Source of the DNA: Porphyridium purpureum
Lineage: Eukaryota
DNA: 64,000 nt
Direction of reading: 5' to 3'
NCBI GenBank assembly: GCA_008690995.1
Contig: VRMN01000003.1
Span: 1,984,001-2,048,000, forward strand
The position numbers and the translations under genes were made by a program. The first letter of the stretch is position 1. Each line of letters starts with the position of its first letter. Shown here piece by piece: positions 29,483-39,824 of this stretch. A model generated the notes under the pieces. The model had not been told where the DNA came from. It was given only the letters and a program-made list of their open reading frames with translations, and did no database searches.

Positions 29483-30028
29483 CTTATCCCAATCCAAATC
29501 GATCGTACCTCCACTTTGCTCCCTCACACACACAACACCAAGCTCGTCGTCCGTTGCTATTGTTGACTCGACAGCTCTTCTATCGTCTCTCTCCCTTGCT
29601 CGTCTTATCGAAGCCTTTGTTCCTTCTCCTCCTTAAACTGTGGTATTCGAAGTGCCTTTTCCTATCAAACTAAGCCGCGACAATAAGACCGCAACCCAAA
29701 AACATCCTCCCTCCTCCCTGCTTATGCTGAACAACCGCACTTGACAGGGAAATCAAGAAAAAACCGCCATCCGCGTCAAATCATCAAACTAGCGCGATCC
29801 AGTATGACCTCGCGCACTCCGCTCGACGAGATCTCTCGCACTGTACCTACGCGCGCACGCCAGGGTACAGTGAGTACAGGACGTCAGTATTAATTAATAT
29901 TGTGTTAAACTGTGATGTTTAATGTGTTTGGTGGAGCTCGAGTGGGAGGCAAAATGGTCGTGGAGGTTGGGTGGTGTAAAAGTGGTTGATGGGGCAGTGG
30001 GGAAACGGAGGCAGCGACAGCGACAGCG

Positions 30029-32008
30029 ATGGGGATAGAAGCAGATGTTGCGCACGCTGGAGCTGCGGCGGCAGCGCCGAAGAAGGCATGGGATACGCGA
30101 GTGATGTTTCGGGAGCTCATGATGCATGATGTCGAGCTGCGTGAGTATGTGTTGAACCACGTGTTTGGCGAGGAGCTGTTCAAGCTCGCGCCGCAGTACG
30201 GAATGACCGTACGGCAAGAGCGAGATCTGACCATGGCGCGATGGGCGCGTATGCGTGAGCTGAAAGTGTACGATAATGTGCTTGCCGTCGGAGTGGATGA
30301 CCCGAGCGGCAGGCGAGCCGCCGTCCAAAAGTACGATTGTCTGTCCGAGTGCGTCGGCCTTCTTGACCACTCTTTGGAGATCAAGACGGGTGTGCACTAC
30401 GGGCTGTTTGGTTCAACCATTGCACGGCTTGGCAGCAAGCACCAGCGCGAGCTCTACTTGCCCAAAGTGCAGACGTGCGAGATGCTCGGCTGCTTTGCGC
30501 TCACAGAGCTCGGCCATGGCTCCAATGCGCGCGGCATCGAGACTACCGCCACGTACGCACCAGAGACGGACTCCATTGTGCTCCACACGCCAACTGAGAC
30601 CGCACAAAAGTACTGGATTGGCGGCGCAGCAGAGGACGCGTGCTGGACAACGGCAATGGCACAATTGTATGTGAACGGCGAGTGCCATGGCGTGCATGCA
30701 TTTATTGTGCGGCTGCGGAACGACACGGACAAGCAGCTATGCCCAGGCGTCTGGATCGAAGATTGTGGCCACAAATGCGGGCTCAACGGCGTGGATAACG
30801 GGCGCATCTGGTTTGACAACGTGCACATCCCGCGCTCGCAAATGTTGAGTGGCGTGGCAAGCATTGATGATTCAGGCAAGTACCAATCTGCGATCAAGAA
30901 CCCAGATCAGCGCTTTGCTGTGCAGCTGGGTGCGCTGAGCGGCGGCCGAATCTCGATTGCAGTCAACTCCACACGGAACGCAGCGCTGGCGTTGACCACG
31001 GCAATCCGATATGCGCATTCGCGGCGGGCGTTTGGGCCCGACGGAGCCGCCGAGGTTGCGCTAATGCACTATAGGAGCCACCAGCAGCGCCTCTTGCCAT
31101 ACCTGGCACGCACGTACGCCATGTCCTTTGCCGTCAACGAACTTAAACGTATGTGGTGGGACAACTGCCAGCTGCTCGGTACCCCGGTGAGCAAAGACGT
31201 GCACTTTGTGTCTAGCCTATTCAAGGCTCTGATGACATGGAACATGCGCGACTCTATGCAGGAATGCCGCGAGTCATGTGGTGGCCAGGGATACGCAAGT
31301 ATAAACCGCATTGGGCCGGTGAAGAACGATCGTGATGTGATGATGACGTTTGAAGGTGACAACTCGGTGCTTTTACAGCGCGCGGGTAAAATGGTGATGG
31401 ACGACTATGCACGTACGGTGAAAAGTCGAAAGCGGTCTGGCTGCTTCAAGTGGCTGTCCGAGGAGTTCGACACTAAAGTGAATAGTCCGGCTCGGCGCAC
31501 GGGCTCCGAAGATCTCTCGCAAGATGAGCAGGATTTAGAGCGGCTACTTGAAACAGCGTTGCACAGACGCCTGTATGCGTTGCTCGAAAGCCTCGCCCAA
31601 GAGGTTCCAAAGCTTCAACGCGAGCTCGCGGGCGACGCGTTTGAGGTCGCCAACATGATCTCCAGCGACGCCTCGGAGCTCGGCTACGCGTTTGCGGAGC
31701 TGCTGATTTGGCAGTGGTTTCGTCGAGACGTGGCACGCATTTCAAACGCGTATCCGGACATGGCGCGCGTGCTGCAGATGCTGTCGTCGCTTTACGCGCT
31801 AGACACGGTCGATAGATCACCGTCCTTCCTCCGCCTGTCCTGCATCTCACAAGCCGAGGCCAGCGTTGTTCGACACGCTAAACGTCGCCGATGTGCAGAG
31901 CTCGCACCGCACAGCATGGACCTCGTCAACTCGTTTGGAATACCAGACCATTTGCTCGGGCCTATAGCTGGCGACTGGGAGCTCCAAAACCGACGGAGCA
32001 AGCTGTGA
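30029..32008 (+). CDS. ACX: Peroxisomal acyl-CoA oxidase
   Basis: GCFALTELGHGSN, AQKYWIG, KCGLNGVDNG, CRESCGGQGY, TFEGDNSVLLQ. C-terminal PTS1 SKL. Confidence 0.96.
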   Translation: MGIEADVAHAGAAAAAPKKAWDTRVMFRELMMHDVELREYVLNHVFGEELFKLAPQYGMTVRQERDLTMARWARMRELKVYDNVLAVGVDDPSGRRAAVQKYDCLSECVGLLDHSLEIKTGVHYGLFGSTIARLGSKHQRELYLPKVQTCEMLGCFALTELGHGSNARGIETTATYAPETDSIVLHTPTETAQKYWIGGAAEDACWTTAMAQLYVNGECHGVHAFIVRLRNDTDKQLCPGVWIEDCGHKCGLNGVDNGRIWFDNVHIPRSQMLSGVASIDDSGKYQSAIKNPDQRFAVQLGALSGGRISIAVNSTRNAALALTTAIRYAHSRRAFGPDGAAEVALMHYRSHQQRLLPYLARTYAMSFAVNELKRMWWDNCQLLGTPVSKDVHFVSSLFKALMTWNMRDSMQECRESCGGQGYASINRIGPVKNDRDVMMTFEGDNSVLLQRAGKMVMDDYARTVKSRKRSGCFKWLSEEFDTKVNSPARRTGSEDLSQDEQDLERLLETALHRRLYALLESLAQEVPKLQRELAGDAFEVANMISSDASELGYAFAELLIWQWFRRDVARISNAYPDMARVLQMLSSLYALDTVDRSPSFLRLSCISQAEASVVRHAKRRRCAELAPHSMDLVNSFGIPDHLLGPIAGDWELQNRRSKL

Positions 32009-32407
32009 GACCAATTTCAGCCACCAATATGATCGTGCTCATGACACGGAGAGACCATGTTCCTAACACACTTGATGCGCTCCAGCACCAGACGTGGAAT
32101 TCAGCCTGAAGCGATTAGTCTGTGGCGCTTCATAGTCTGATGCTGACAAGTTAAAAAGGGCCTTTCCGTGGCCCGCCAGTCTCAAAGTAGGACCAGAGGC
32201 AAAGAGCGCTCTGCTCATGCTGCAGTAGGTTCCGCAATTTACGCTTATTGCGAAAGCCGTCATTGTCTGTGAAGCTAAACTTCAACGCAATCAAAAGTTC
32301 AAAATCTAGCAAATGATGTCACCTTGCTGTAGCTGTAGACTTTCCGCGCTTCCGAAAGTCAATGCTCGTAAGAGAGTTGGTCCTGATACTGCAGACCAAG
32401 AATCTCT

Positions 32408-33570
32408 AGGTCATATCAACGTCGAGAAAAATGTCGTTTGCTCCTTTCCTATCGCGAACCATCACTTCTCCGACTTTGCACTGCCAAAATCTACTTGAGA
32501 TGGCTTGAGCAAGTTCAATTCTTCCCGATAAAGTCAACATCAACGACGGTAATCTTGCAGTCATACTGGCGACATCGGAAAACAAATCGCTGATAGAACC
32601 ATTTGCCAGCGTATGTTAGCATTTCCCGGTTCGCCTTTGACCTGACCTTTCCGTCGGCTTTTCGAATCATCTGGCGGACTTGCCGCTCAGATTCCGATCG
32701 GATCACGAGCATGCGTAAGATGGCTTGCCAGCTACCTTTGCTTTTCGCCCATGAGATTCAAAGCCTGTCCCATAGCCGGCAAATAGCTCGCCTCAGGTTT
32801 GGCCTTTAACATTTGCTCAATTGTCTTGTTGAAGACTAACAATCATGTCCCGAACACAAGCGCAATACCCAATGCATATCTGCAACGCCAACTTGAAGCG
32901 CAGAACCTTGGCCAACATCAAATTACGTCTGCAAGATTCTTGTGCCAGGAGCGAAAGAACAAACCGCCGTCAATTAGGCACACTCGTGGATTCGGATTTA
33001 GTTTCCAATTCAGCCTCTCCTTCCTTCATATTGCCGTGATCTGCAAGCAGAGTTTGCTGGTCTTGGTATTCGCCAGCGAAACCAGGCACACCGCCAGAAG
33101 AGCTATCAGAAGAAGAGCACGCACGTCGTCAATCTCTTGCGGAATACTTAGAGGCTAACGAAAGTCCATGCTCGCCATAAGCAACAACAGACTGAAATAC
33201 CACCATACCTTTTTCCAGGTGTATTCGAAAGTCCAGAGTGATTGCGCAAGGTTCTTTCGGTCATTTTCACGAGTATCCGTGGGTGCTATGAGAAACTGCG
33301 GGCTCTTCTCTTCACCAGCTGCGTCATCTCCATCGATGTTCTGATCACAAAGACATTTCGTGCAGCAATCTGTCATCCGGTTTCAGAGTTCGCTTTCGCC
33401 TCATCTTCGCAATGCTCTGCCGAACCAGTCACGGTGCGATTGCACGCCATTTTACGTCCGTCGCTCGGTTCCCACGCTTTTTTTTTGAAGCAGATAATCG
33501 ACTTCCTCATTTTCTTGAGGACGCTTGATCTTGAATGTCATCCATGGAGTACCGACGTCTTTTGTCATTG
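32408..33570 (-). pseudogene. tnpB: TnpB/Fanzor2-like RNA-guided nuclease relic
   Basis: Fragments in order: TFKIK...GTERRT*N; VCSFAPGTRILQT*FD..G.ALQVGVADMHWVLRLC (RuvC-I like); LRRAICRLWDRL; VRQMIRKADGKVRSKANREMLTY...FYQRFVFRCRQYDCKITVVDV; WQCKVGEVMVRDRKGANDIFL (RuvC-III like). Confidence 0.8.
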
Positions 33571-33599
33571 TCTGCTTGCCGCCTCTGTCCGTGGAATCT

Positions 33600-34195
33600 T
33601 CACCCGTCTGCTTCGAGTAAATTTGACACCGCGGAGCTGCTCGCATTCCCATCGTCTTGTTCACCTAGTAAAACAAACCGCAAGCGAATCTTCTGCGAGT
33701 TCCTAAGTACCATCGTCTGCGGCGTCTTCGTAGCGCGAAACCACGTCGAGTGCCGTGCTCAGTTTTCGGCACCTACAGTCAAGTGAAATAATCTACAATC
33801 AAGCAAGTCTGTCACGGTAGGTGACCGCAAATGCTTTGACGTACCCTTCTTCGACTACGTTCAAACGGAACAATAGACCTTTGCACTTGAGGTTCAGACC
33901 TGAGCCGATGCCGCGCATAAACTTCTTGTGCGTCGGACAACGATGTTTTAGGCATGCTGATCTACCTGTCGAGGTCACCTACCTCACGTCGCCTTTCGGA
34001 TTGAACACGCGCGCGAATGATGTCGAGCCGGCGCTGCATGTTCTCTGCTTCTTCAATTGCTAAGGGTTCGAACTGGACACAACTGTCGTTGGTATATGAA
34101 CAATGGACTTCCGCGGATTCGGAAAGTGGATGCATAGCTCAGCCTGCCCGCTTTCGCCCACCTGAGCAATGCGGCTCTTGACACCCCATGCGTCT
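33600..34195 (-). pseudogene. tnpA: IS607-type serine recombinase (TnpA) relic with N-terminal HTH
   Basis: HGVSRAALLRWAKAGRL (34138-34190), DIIRARVQS..GDLDR*I (33960-34024), GIGSGLNLKCKGL (~33875-33912), VTYRDRLA (~33802-33825), ELAEDSLAV (33676-33702), GMRAA. Confidence 0.82.
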
Positions 34196-34449
34196 TGGAA
34201 GCCGTACGTGGTGGAATACGGACGCCACCGACAATCGTTGTTGCGTAGTTTGCGAAGGAAAACCAACGTCAGCGCTTTCTTCAACTGGTTGAGCGCGATC
34301 CAGAGCGAGCAACTAGGTTTCTTGTCCGGTGTACTTTTCCCCGGACGCTCCAAGATTTAGCTGAGTTGGAGGGGAAGCGAGAGAGAGAGAGAGAGAGAGG
34401 TGAAGTCTGGATCTGTGACCGCAAATGGGGCACGGTGCGCTGTGTCACG

Positions 34450-37400
34450 ATGGCAGAGGATGGGCCGCACGATCGAGGAGAAAGAGCGATGCCGCAGCGG
34501 GACAACACCAGTGTGGAAAACAGCCGTGTCAGCTCCATCCTTTACAATAGCGAGGCATCAGCCGCACTCGCGCGGCCGTCGCCGGTGTCGCTGTCGCCGA
34601 ACTCTGTGGATTCGGCCGAGCGAGAGGGTGGTGAGTGTGCGGAACTCGTGGAGAGCTTGAGTGCACTTGAAAGCAGTGGGTTTGACAGTTCACAAAAGCC
34701 GCTGACGGCGCTGCCGAGCACGGTCGTCGACGAACAGTTTGTGACGTCGATCGGGCTCGTGTCGAAGGAGGATGGACTGGATGCGTTAGGGAGCGACGAG
34801 GCCGACGCGGACGCAGGACCAGAGCTCCTTCTGAGCAAGCGACTTGCATTCAGTCTCGAGGACGCGGCAAATGCGGGATCCCAGGAAGCCGCAGAAGCTC
34901 TGGCCGAGCTGGCGGCCTCTTCACATCATCCCGAGTCGGGTACATTCAGTATTGCGTCCCAATTGTCATCAGCTGCGGCGGCATATTGGGCGCAGAATCA
35001 GCAGATTCAAGAGGAGCATCAGAAACAGCAGCATGAGCAGGAACATCGGCAGCAACAACAACAGGAGGACAGAAACCGTGGCGGAAAGGAGCAGTCGGTA
35101 CCTCCACAGGGCCAGCCAATCTCTTCACGCAAATCGCCTGCCTTAAATGCGGCGCCCGTGGCGCGGCCAAGCCCCAGGAGTGAGGCGACGAGGACGTTGC
35201 CATCACCTCAGCTGCAAGCTTTGGTGCGGAGGGCGAGCGAGCTTACTCGAGACAGCGGCTCTGTGGCCAACTCAGTGGCCAAGCACCACCGTGAATTCTC
35301 GGATATAGAGGAAATTCTGTTCGAGAACCTCTCGAGCGAGGCGATCCAGTCACGGTCTCTAGAGGAAGTGCTGGCGGACGCTGATTCGCTAGAACAGGTG
35401 CTGCTGTCACACCTTCACGACGTGCTAGCCAACTTGAACGCGGTGCGAGGTAAGAAAAGATTGCTGCGAAACCGGCGCGTATCGGCAAACTCGAAAGCAT
35501 TTGGGAATGAAAAAGACAAGAATCGCCGTAACGGACCTCTCGGCAATGACGCCTTCGAGTGGTCTTCTGCACAGGAGCAGCAAAATCCGAAACGTATTAT
35601 TTCAATATCAGCGTGCCTGCCGTCCATTGAAGAGCGGAAGAACCCGTTGTTCTCGCTACACATGCCCGCGGCGGGATTTCCTCCCAATGCAATGGGTCTT
35701 GTAGAGGAAGCAACGGACTTGAACTTTGTATGGGTAGGGCGTTATCTTTGCGACGATCCGGACCAGTACCCACCGGGACGGAATTGGCGCCGTGTGATGA
35801 GCGATCACAAGGACACGCACACACATGCGCACCCTTTACATTCATCCCATTTGTACACGGCGCACGGCTCCGCAGGCGGCGACTACGGCTCTTCAACAGT
35901 TTCTACGAGCTCGGCAATACTCAGCGGGTCAATAGCCGTACGTATTCCGGAAGAGCTTATCGAGAGCTTTTCAAACTTTTGCAACAATACCCTGTGGCGG
36001 CTGCTGCACTATGACTACGACTCGCTGGGTGACGAGAAGGAGGAGGTCGAGTGGGAGGCGTACAAAGCCGTTAATATGCGCTTCGCCGAAGTCGTGGCAG
36101 AGTTTTATGAGGAGGGCGACCTAATCTGGGTGCATGATTACCATTTGCTGCTTTTGCCCGCGATGCTCAGGAAGCGTCTTTGGAAAGCAAAGATTGGCGC
36201 GTTCTTGTATGTGCCTTTCCCTTCGCAAGAAATCTTTAGAATTTTGCCACAGCGCGTCGAAGTCTTGCGGGGCATCCTGGGCGCAGATCTGGTTGGATTT
36301 TACACGTACGCCTACTCGAAGCAGTTTGTTGCGTCGTGTTTCAGGTTGCTGGGGCTGGAAGGGACACCCAAGGGCATTGAGACAGACGAGCCAGGCAATC
36401 GCACGTGCGAGCTGGGTATCTATCCGGGTGGGAGCAATGTAAACGCTCTGCGACGGCTTCGACAGAGTCCGATTGTGCATGCACGCGTCGACGAGTTCCA
36501 GCGCTCTTTCGCTGGTATGCAGATTATCGTGGGCATTGACTACATGGATGATCTATTTGCCGGCTTGTTACACAAGCTGCTAGCGTTTGGTGAGTTCCTA
36601 CGTGAAAACCCGAGCTTTTTGGGTAACGTAGTGCTGGTGCAGGTCGGGCTCGAACTCGATGACGTCTCTAACGAATCGCATGGCCCGTTTTTGAATTCAC
36701 TGGGCATTGCGCACTCGTCAGTCCAACACCTTTCGACTCTTGTGAATGAGCACGTTGGCCGCATCAACGCCAAGTACGGAACTTTGACCTACTCGCCCGT
36801 GCACTTTGTCCGCTCGCGACCAAATACAGTGGAGCTTGTGAGCCTAATGGCTGCGGGACACGTGTGTATCATGTCGTGTGTGAGAGATGGTATGCGGCTA
36901 CTACCGCACGACTGGACAGTGTGCCAGCACGGTGGGAACATGGGTCCACTCATTCTGTCAAACTTCTCGGGCTCGTCGCAATCCTTTGCGCTGGCTGTGC
37001 ACGTGAACCCTTGGGACACGACGGCCGTCGCCACTGCGTACCTTGACTGCTTGAAAATGAGCCCAGAGGAAAAGCGCATGCGCGACGACGCGGCATACCG
37101 CTTTGTCTCAACACACACTGCACAGTTGTGGGGAACAAACTTTCTCGAGGATCTTGCATCAGTGCAAGTGAATCAGCGCTGGACGGGCCCGCTACCGGCA
37201 ATGCAAGTGCCAAGCATGCGCGACGCGTTTGCCAGCTCTCAAAAGTACCGCATGCTGATGTTTCGACTAGAGGGTGCACTCATGTCGCACCAGAACGTCG
37301 TGCAGCTCGCAGCACCGTCATCGTCTGTGCTGCAGCTGCTCAGCACGCTTCTTGACGACACAAGAAACCTGGTCTTTGTGCTCACCTGGCGTGACCGTCG

Positions 37401-38877
37401 TATCGCATCTAGATGGTTTCGACGACTGCTCCTATACCCGAACTTTGGTCTGATATCTGAGGACGGTTGCTTTGTTCGCTGGCCAGCGGCCAGCGCGGTG
37501 CCTGACGGTCAGCCAGAGCATGTGGCCGAGGACATGATTAGTACACAAATTGCAGATGAGGACACGATTGAACGCATGCTGGAGGACGCGCTTCGGGCTG
37601 AGCAGCGCGTGCCGGAAAGAAACCAGCAGGACTGGAACGAGATCGGCGATGGCGCCCAAACGATGACAAGGAGGGGCAGTGACACTCTTGTAGGAGGCGC
37701 GAATGGGTCGGAGAATGCGAGCAGCATTCGCTCGGCGGATGTCTTTGCCGGGGACGTAGAGAATGTGGAAAACTCGAGGAGACTTTTGGGCAAATGGGAA
37801 TCGTTTGTCCAAGGCATTGCGCTGCAGGAGCGTGTACCGATCACAGACTTGACCATAGTCGAGGGCTCATCGCCGGCTCAATGGGGTACTCACGCGAGCA
37901 TGTACAGCCACGTTCCGTCCCCGCAATTTACCATCAACACACGGAGCCCGCATGACTCGCGACCGAGAAGTCCGAATTCGCTCTCTGGATCTGAGGTGAC
38001 TTACGCTGATGGCGGTGTCGACGATGCATTGCCTGCGGCTTCTGCGCGCTTTGCAGCAGCGTCAGACGCACTTGAGAATGCAGCAGATTTAGGGACCGCA
38101 AATCGCGCCTCCGTCCCGGTACCCTTGCCAATGCCCGTGCCAGTGCCTGTACCTGAGCGCTCGCGCAGTCGCAATGTTCATGGCGGGGGAAGCAGCACTG
38201 ATTTAAGCCGTGCAAACAGTGCCAGTGGGCCTCGTAGCTTTTTAAGTGCAAGTGGTATGTCAGTTTCAGACCGTTCGCCTTTCCGTCGCTTTCTGGTCGA
38301 CTCGGAGCATGCACCGGACGTTTTGGAAGAGTTGGTGGTGTCTGATACACTTGAGTGGAAGGAGTCTGTGATTTCCGTGATGAAGCACTTTTCGGAGCGC
38401 ACGCCGGGCGCGTTTCTCGAGGAAGGCGAAGCGATTGTGACTTGGCACTACCATGACGCAGACGCTGACTTTGGCAAGTGGCAGTCGCGCGATTTACATC
38501 GCCACCTTGAAGCATTCATGCTGCGCAGCGTCATCTCAAGCGACCAGGTCGCCAAGTGGATCCGCGTGTGCCCTGTTGGCGCAGACCGCGTGTCATCTGT
38601 TGAGCGCGTTTGCCAGGTGATGTGCCACCTGTGTGACTACTTTCTGTACGTCGGCTGCGACGGGACGGATAATCATGTGTTCGAGACGATCCGCAGGAAC
38701 AACGGTGAGCTCCTACAGAAAGCGTCGTTTGTCGGTGAAGTGGAGACTGTCTTTGTGGGCTCGCGAGGGCTAAACTCATCCGCGCGGTATTGTGTTGACT
38801 CACCGGCGGCATTTCTCGATGCTTTGCGCGTCATCGTGGGCATTGCGCCTCCCAATCTTCCCAGTGGTCGATCGTGA
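34450..38877 (+). CDS. Trehalose-6-phosphate synthase/phosphatase-like fusion (GT20 + HAD), apparently degenerate active sites
   Basis: FCNNTLWRLLHY, WEAYKAVN.RFA, DLIWVHDYHL, PFPSQEIFR, LGADLVGF, VNPWD, FSERTPGAFLEEGE..WHY. Start MAEDG at 34450. Confidence 0.92.
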   Translation: MAEDGPHDRGERAMPQRDNTSVENSRVSSILYNSEASAALARPSPVSLSPNSVDSAEREGGECAELVESLSALESSGFDSSQKPLTALPSTVVDEQFVTSIGLVSKEDGLDALGSDEADADAGPELLLSKRLAFSLEDAANAGSQEAAEALAELAASSHHPESGTFSIASQLSSAAAAYWAQNQQIQEEHQKQQHEQEHRQQQQQEDRNRGGKEQSVPPQGQPISSRKSPALNAAPVARPSPRSEATRTLPSPQLQALVRRASELTRDSGSVANSVAKHHREFSDIEEILFENLSSEAIQSRSLEEVLADADSLEQVLLSHLHDVLANLNAVRGKKRLLRNRRVSANSKAFGNEKDKNRRNGPLGNDAFEWSSAQEQQNPKRIISISACLPSIEERKNPLFSLHMPAAGFPPNAMGLVEEATDLNFVWVGRYLCDDPDQYPPGRNWRRVMSDHKDTHTHAHPLHSSHLYTAHGSAGGDYGSSTVSTSSAILSGSIAVRIPEELIESFSNFCNNTLWRLLHYDYDSLGDEKEEVEWEAYKAVNMRFAEVVAEFYEEGDLIWVHDYHLLLLPAMLRKRLWKAKIGAFLYVPFPSQEIFRILPQRVEVLRGILGADLVGFYTYAYSKQFVASCFRLLGLEGTPKGIETDEPGNRTCELGIYPGGSNVNALRRLRQSPIVHARVDEFQRSFAGMQIIVGIDYMDDLFAGLLHKLLAFGEFLRENPSFLGNVVLVQVGLELDDVSNESHGPFLNSLGIAHSSVQHLSTLVNEHVGRINAKYGTLTYSPVHFVRSRPNTVELVSLMAAGHVCIMSCVRDGMRLLPHDWTVCQHGGNMGPLILSNFSGSSQSFALAVHVNPWDTTAVATAYLDCLKMSPEEKRMRDDAAYRFVSTHTAQLWGTNFLEDLASVQVNQRWTGPLPAMQVPSMRDAFASSQKYRMLMFRLEGALMSHQNVVQLAAPSSSVLQLLSTLLDDTRNLVFVLTWRDRRIASRWFRRLLLYPNFGLISEDGCFVRWPAASAVPDGQPEHVAEDMISTQIADEDTIERMLEDALRAEQRVPERNQQDWNEIGDGAQTMTRRGSDTLVGGANGSENASSIRSADVFAGDVENVENSRRLLGKWESFVQGIALQERVPITDLTIVEGSSPAQWGTHASMYSHVPSPQFTINTRSPHDSRPRSPNSLSGSEVTYADGGVDDALPAASARFAAASDALENAADLGTANRASVPVPLPMPVPVPVPERSRSRNVHGGGSSTDLSRANSASGPRSFLSASGMSVSDRSPFRRFLVDSEHAPDVLEELVVSDTLEWKESVISVMKHFSERTPGAFLEEGEAIVTWHYHDADADFGKWQSRDLHRHLEAFMLRSVISSDQVAKWIRVCPVGADRVSSVERVCQVMCHLCDYFLYVGCDGTDNHVFETIRRNNGELLQKASFVGEVETVFVGSRGLNSSARYCVDSPAAFLDALRVIVGIAPPNLPSGRS

Positions 38878-39239
38878 ACGTTCTCACGGAGTGCAAGCAT
38901 GCTTGAGCGCTTGCGCTTCCACGAATTGCACTCTTGTAAATGTTTACCGTGCTTATGCGACGACTTCTGTGCGTGCATGCGCGCCGCCACTTGTGTTGGG
39001 AGTCGCAATTCAAATAAAGAGCGAGGCTTCAGCCCGCCTTGGTTTTATCAGCCGTTCATAGTGTGTAGTCCGATGCTAAGACGCCAAGCCAGATGCAGCC
39101 GTGATTGTAGTGTGAGGGGGTGTCGGAATGTACTCCAATGACCGAGAAAGGGGAATCGCGCTGGTAGCCCAGCACCGTGCACGCGAAGAGACCCTTCTCC
39201 AATACCCAGAACACACTCACGGAAAGAAGCAAACGACAT

Positions 39240-39824
39240 TTACACGTTCGGGCGCGGCTTCGTCTTGTAGCCTCGCGAAGAGCGCCTTCCGCGTGCCATT
39301 TCCTGCTTGCGGTTCTTGGTACTTGAGCGAACATACGGCTTGACGTGACCCTTGGCGTGGCCCCTGAAGTGCTTGTACACTTCTCTGCAGTGCTTCTTGC
39401 CGCGCAACAGCAGCGTGTTCTGGCCGAGCGGCGCACGCAATGCGAGCTGGTCGAAAGTGATGCATTCACCCCCGGCCTTTTGGATCCTGTCCCTGGCCGA
39501 GTCTGAGAACTTGAGCGCGCACACGGTCATCTTTGGCACGTCCAGGAGCCGCTCGTCATCAAGCACCTTGCCGACGATCACCGCGACCTTGCCCTCGCCG
39601 GCGGCGGCGTGCTGCGCCAACTTTGACAGCGAAATCGGCATCGCGTTTGTTCTGCTCATAAACATGCGGCGCAGCACAACTTTGTTGAACTTTGCGTCTG
39701 TACGGCGCGCGAGGAAGCGGTACAACTTGACCAGCAGCAGCAGGTACGGATCCTCGCTCTTTGGTGCCTGCCGGCGGGACTTTTTCGCAAAGGTGTTTCC
39801 ACCCTTTTCCAGATCGATACCCAT
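39240..39824 (-). CDS. RPL18: 60S ribosomal protein L18 (eL18)
   Basis: MGIDL..., [46 protein letters not shown]. Confidence 0.97.
   Translation of the reverse strand: MGIDLEKGGNTFAKKSRRQAPKSEDPYLLLLVKLYRFLARRTDAKFNKVVLRRMFMSRTNAMPISLSKLAQHAAAGEGKVAVIVGKVLDDERLLDVPKMTVCALKFSDSARDRIQKAGGECITFDQLALRAPLGQNTLLLRGKKHCREVYKHFRGHAKGHVKPYVRSSTKNRKQEMARGRRSSRGYKTKPRPNV

Larger units (their letters stand above)
32280..34300 (-). mobile_element. Decayed IS607-like element (tnpA serine recombinase + tnpB/Fanzor2); ends approximate
   Basis: Collinear degenerate TnpA then TnpB motifs on the minus strand, with many stops and frameshifts, filling the 2.4-kb gap between ACX and TPS. Confidence 0.8.

Noticed and set aside
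28682..29566. 294-aa plus-strand ORF
   Set aside because: Antisense shadow of the gamma linker gene.
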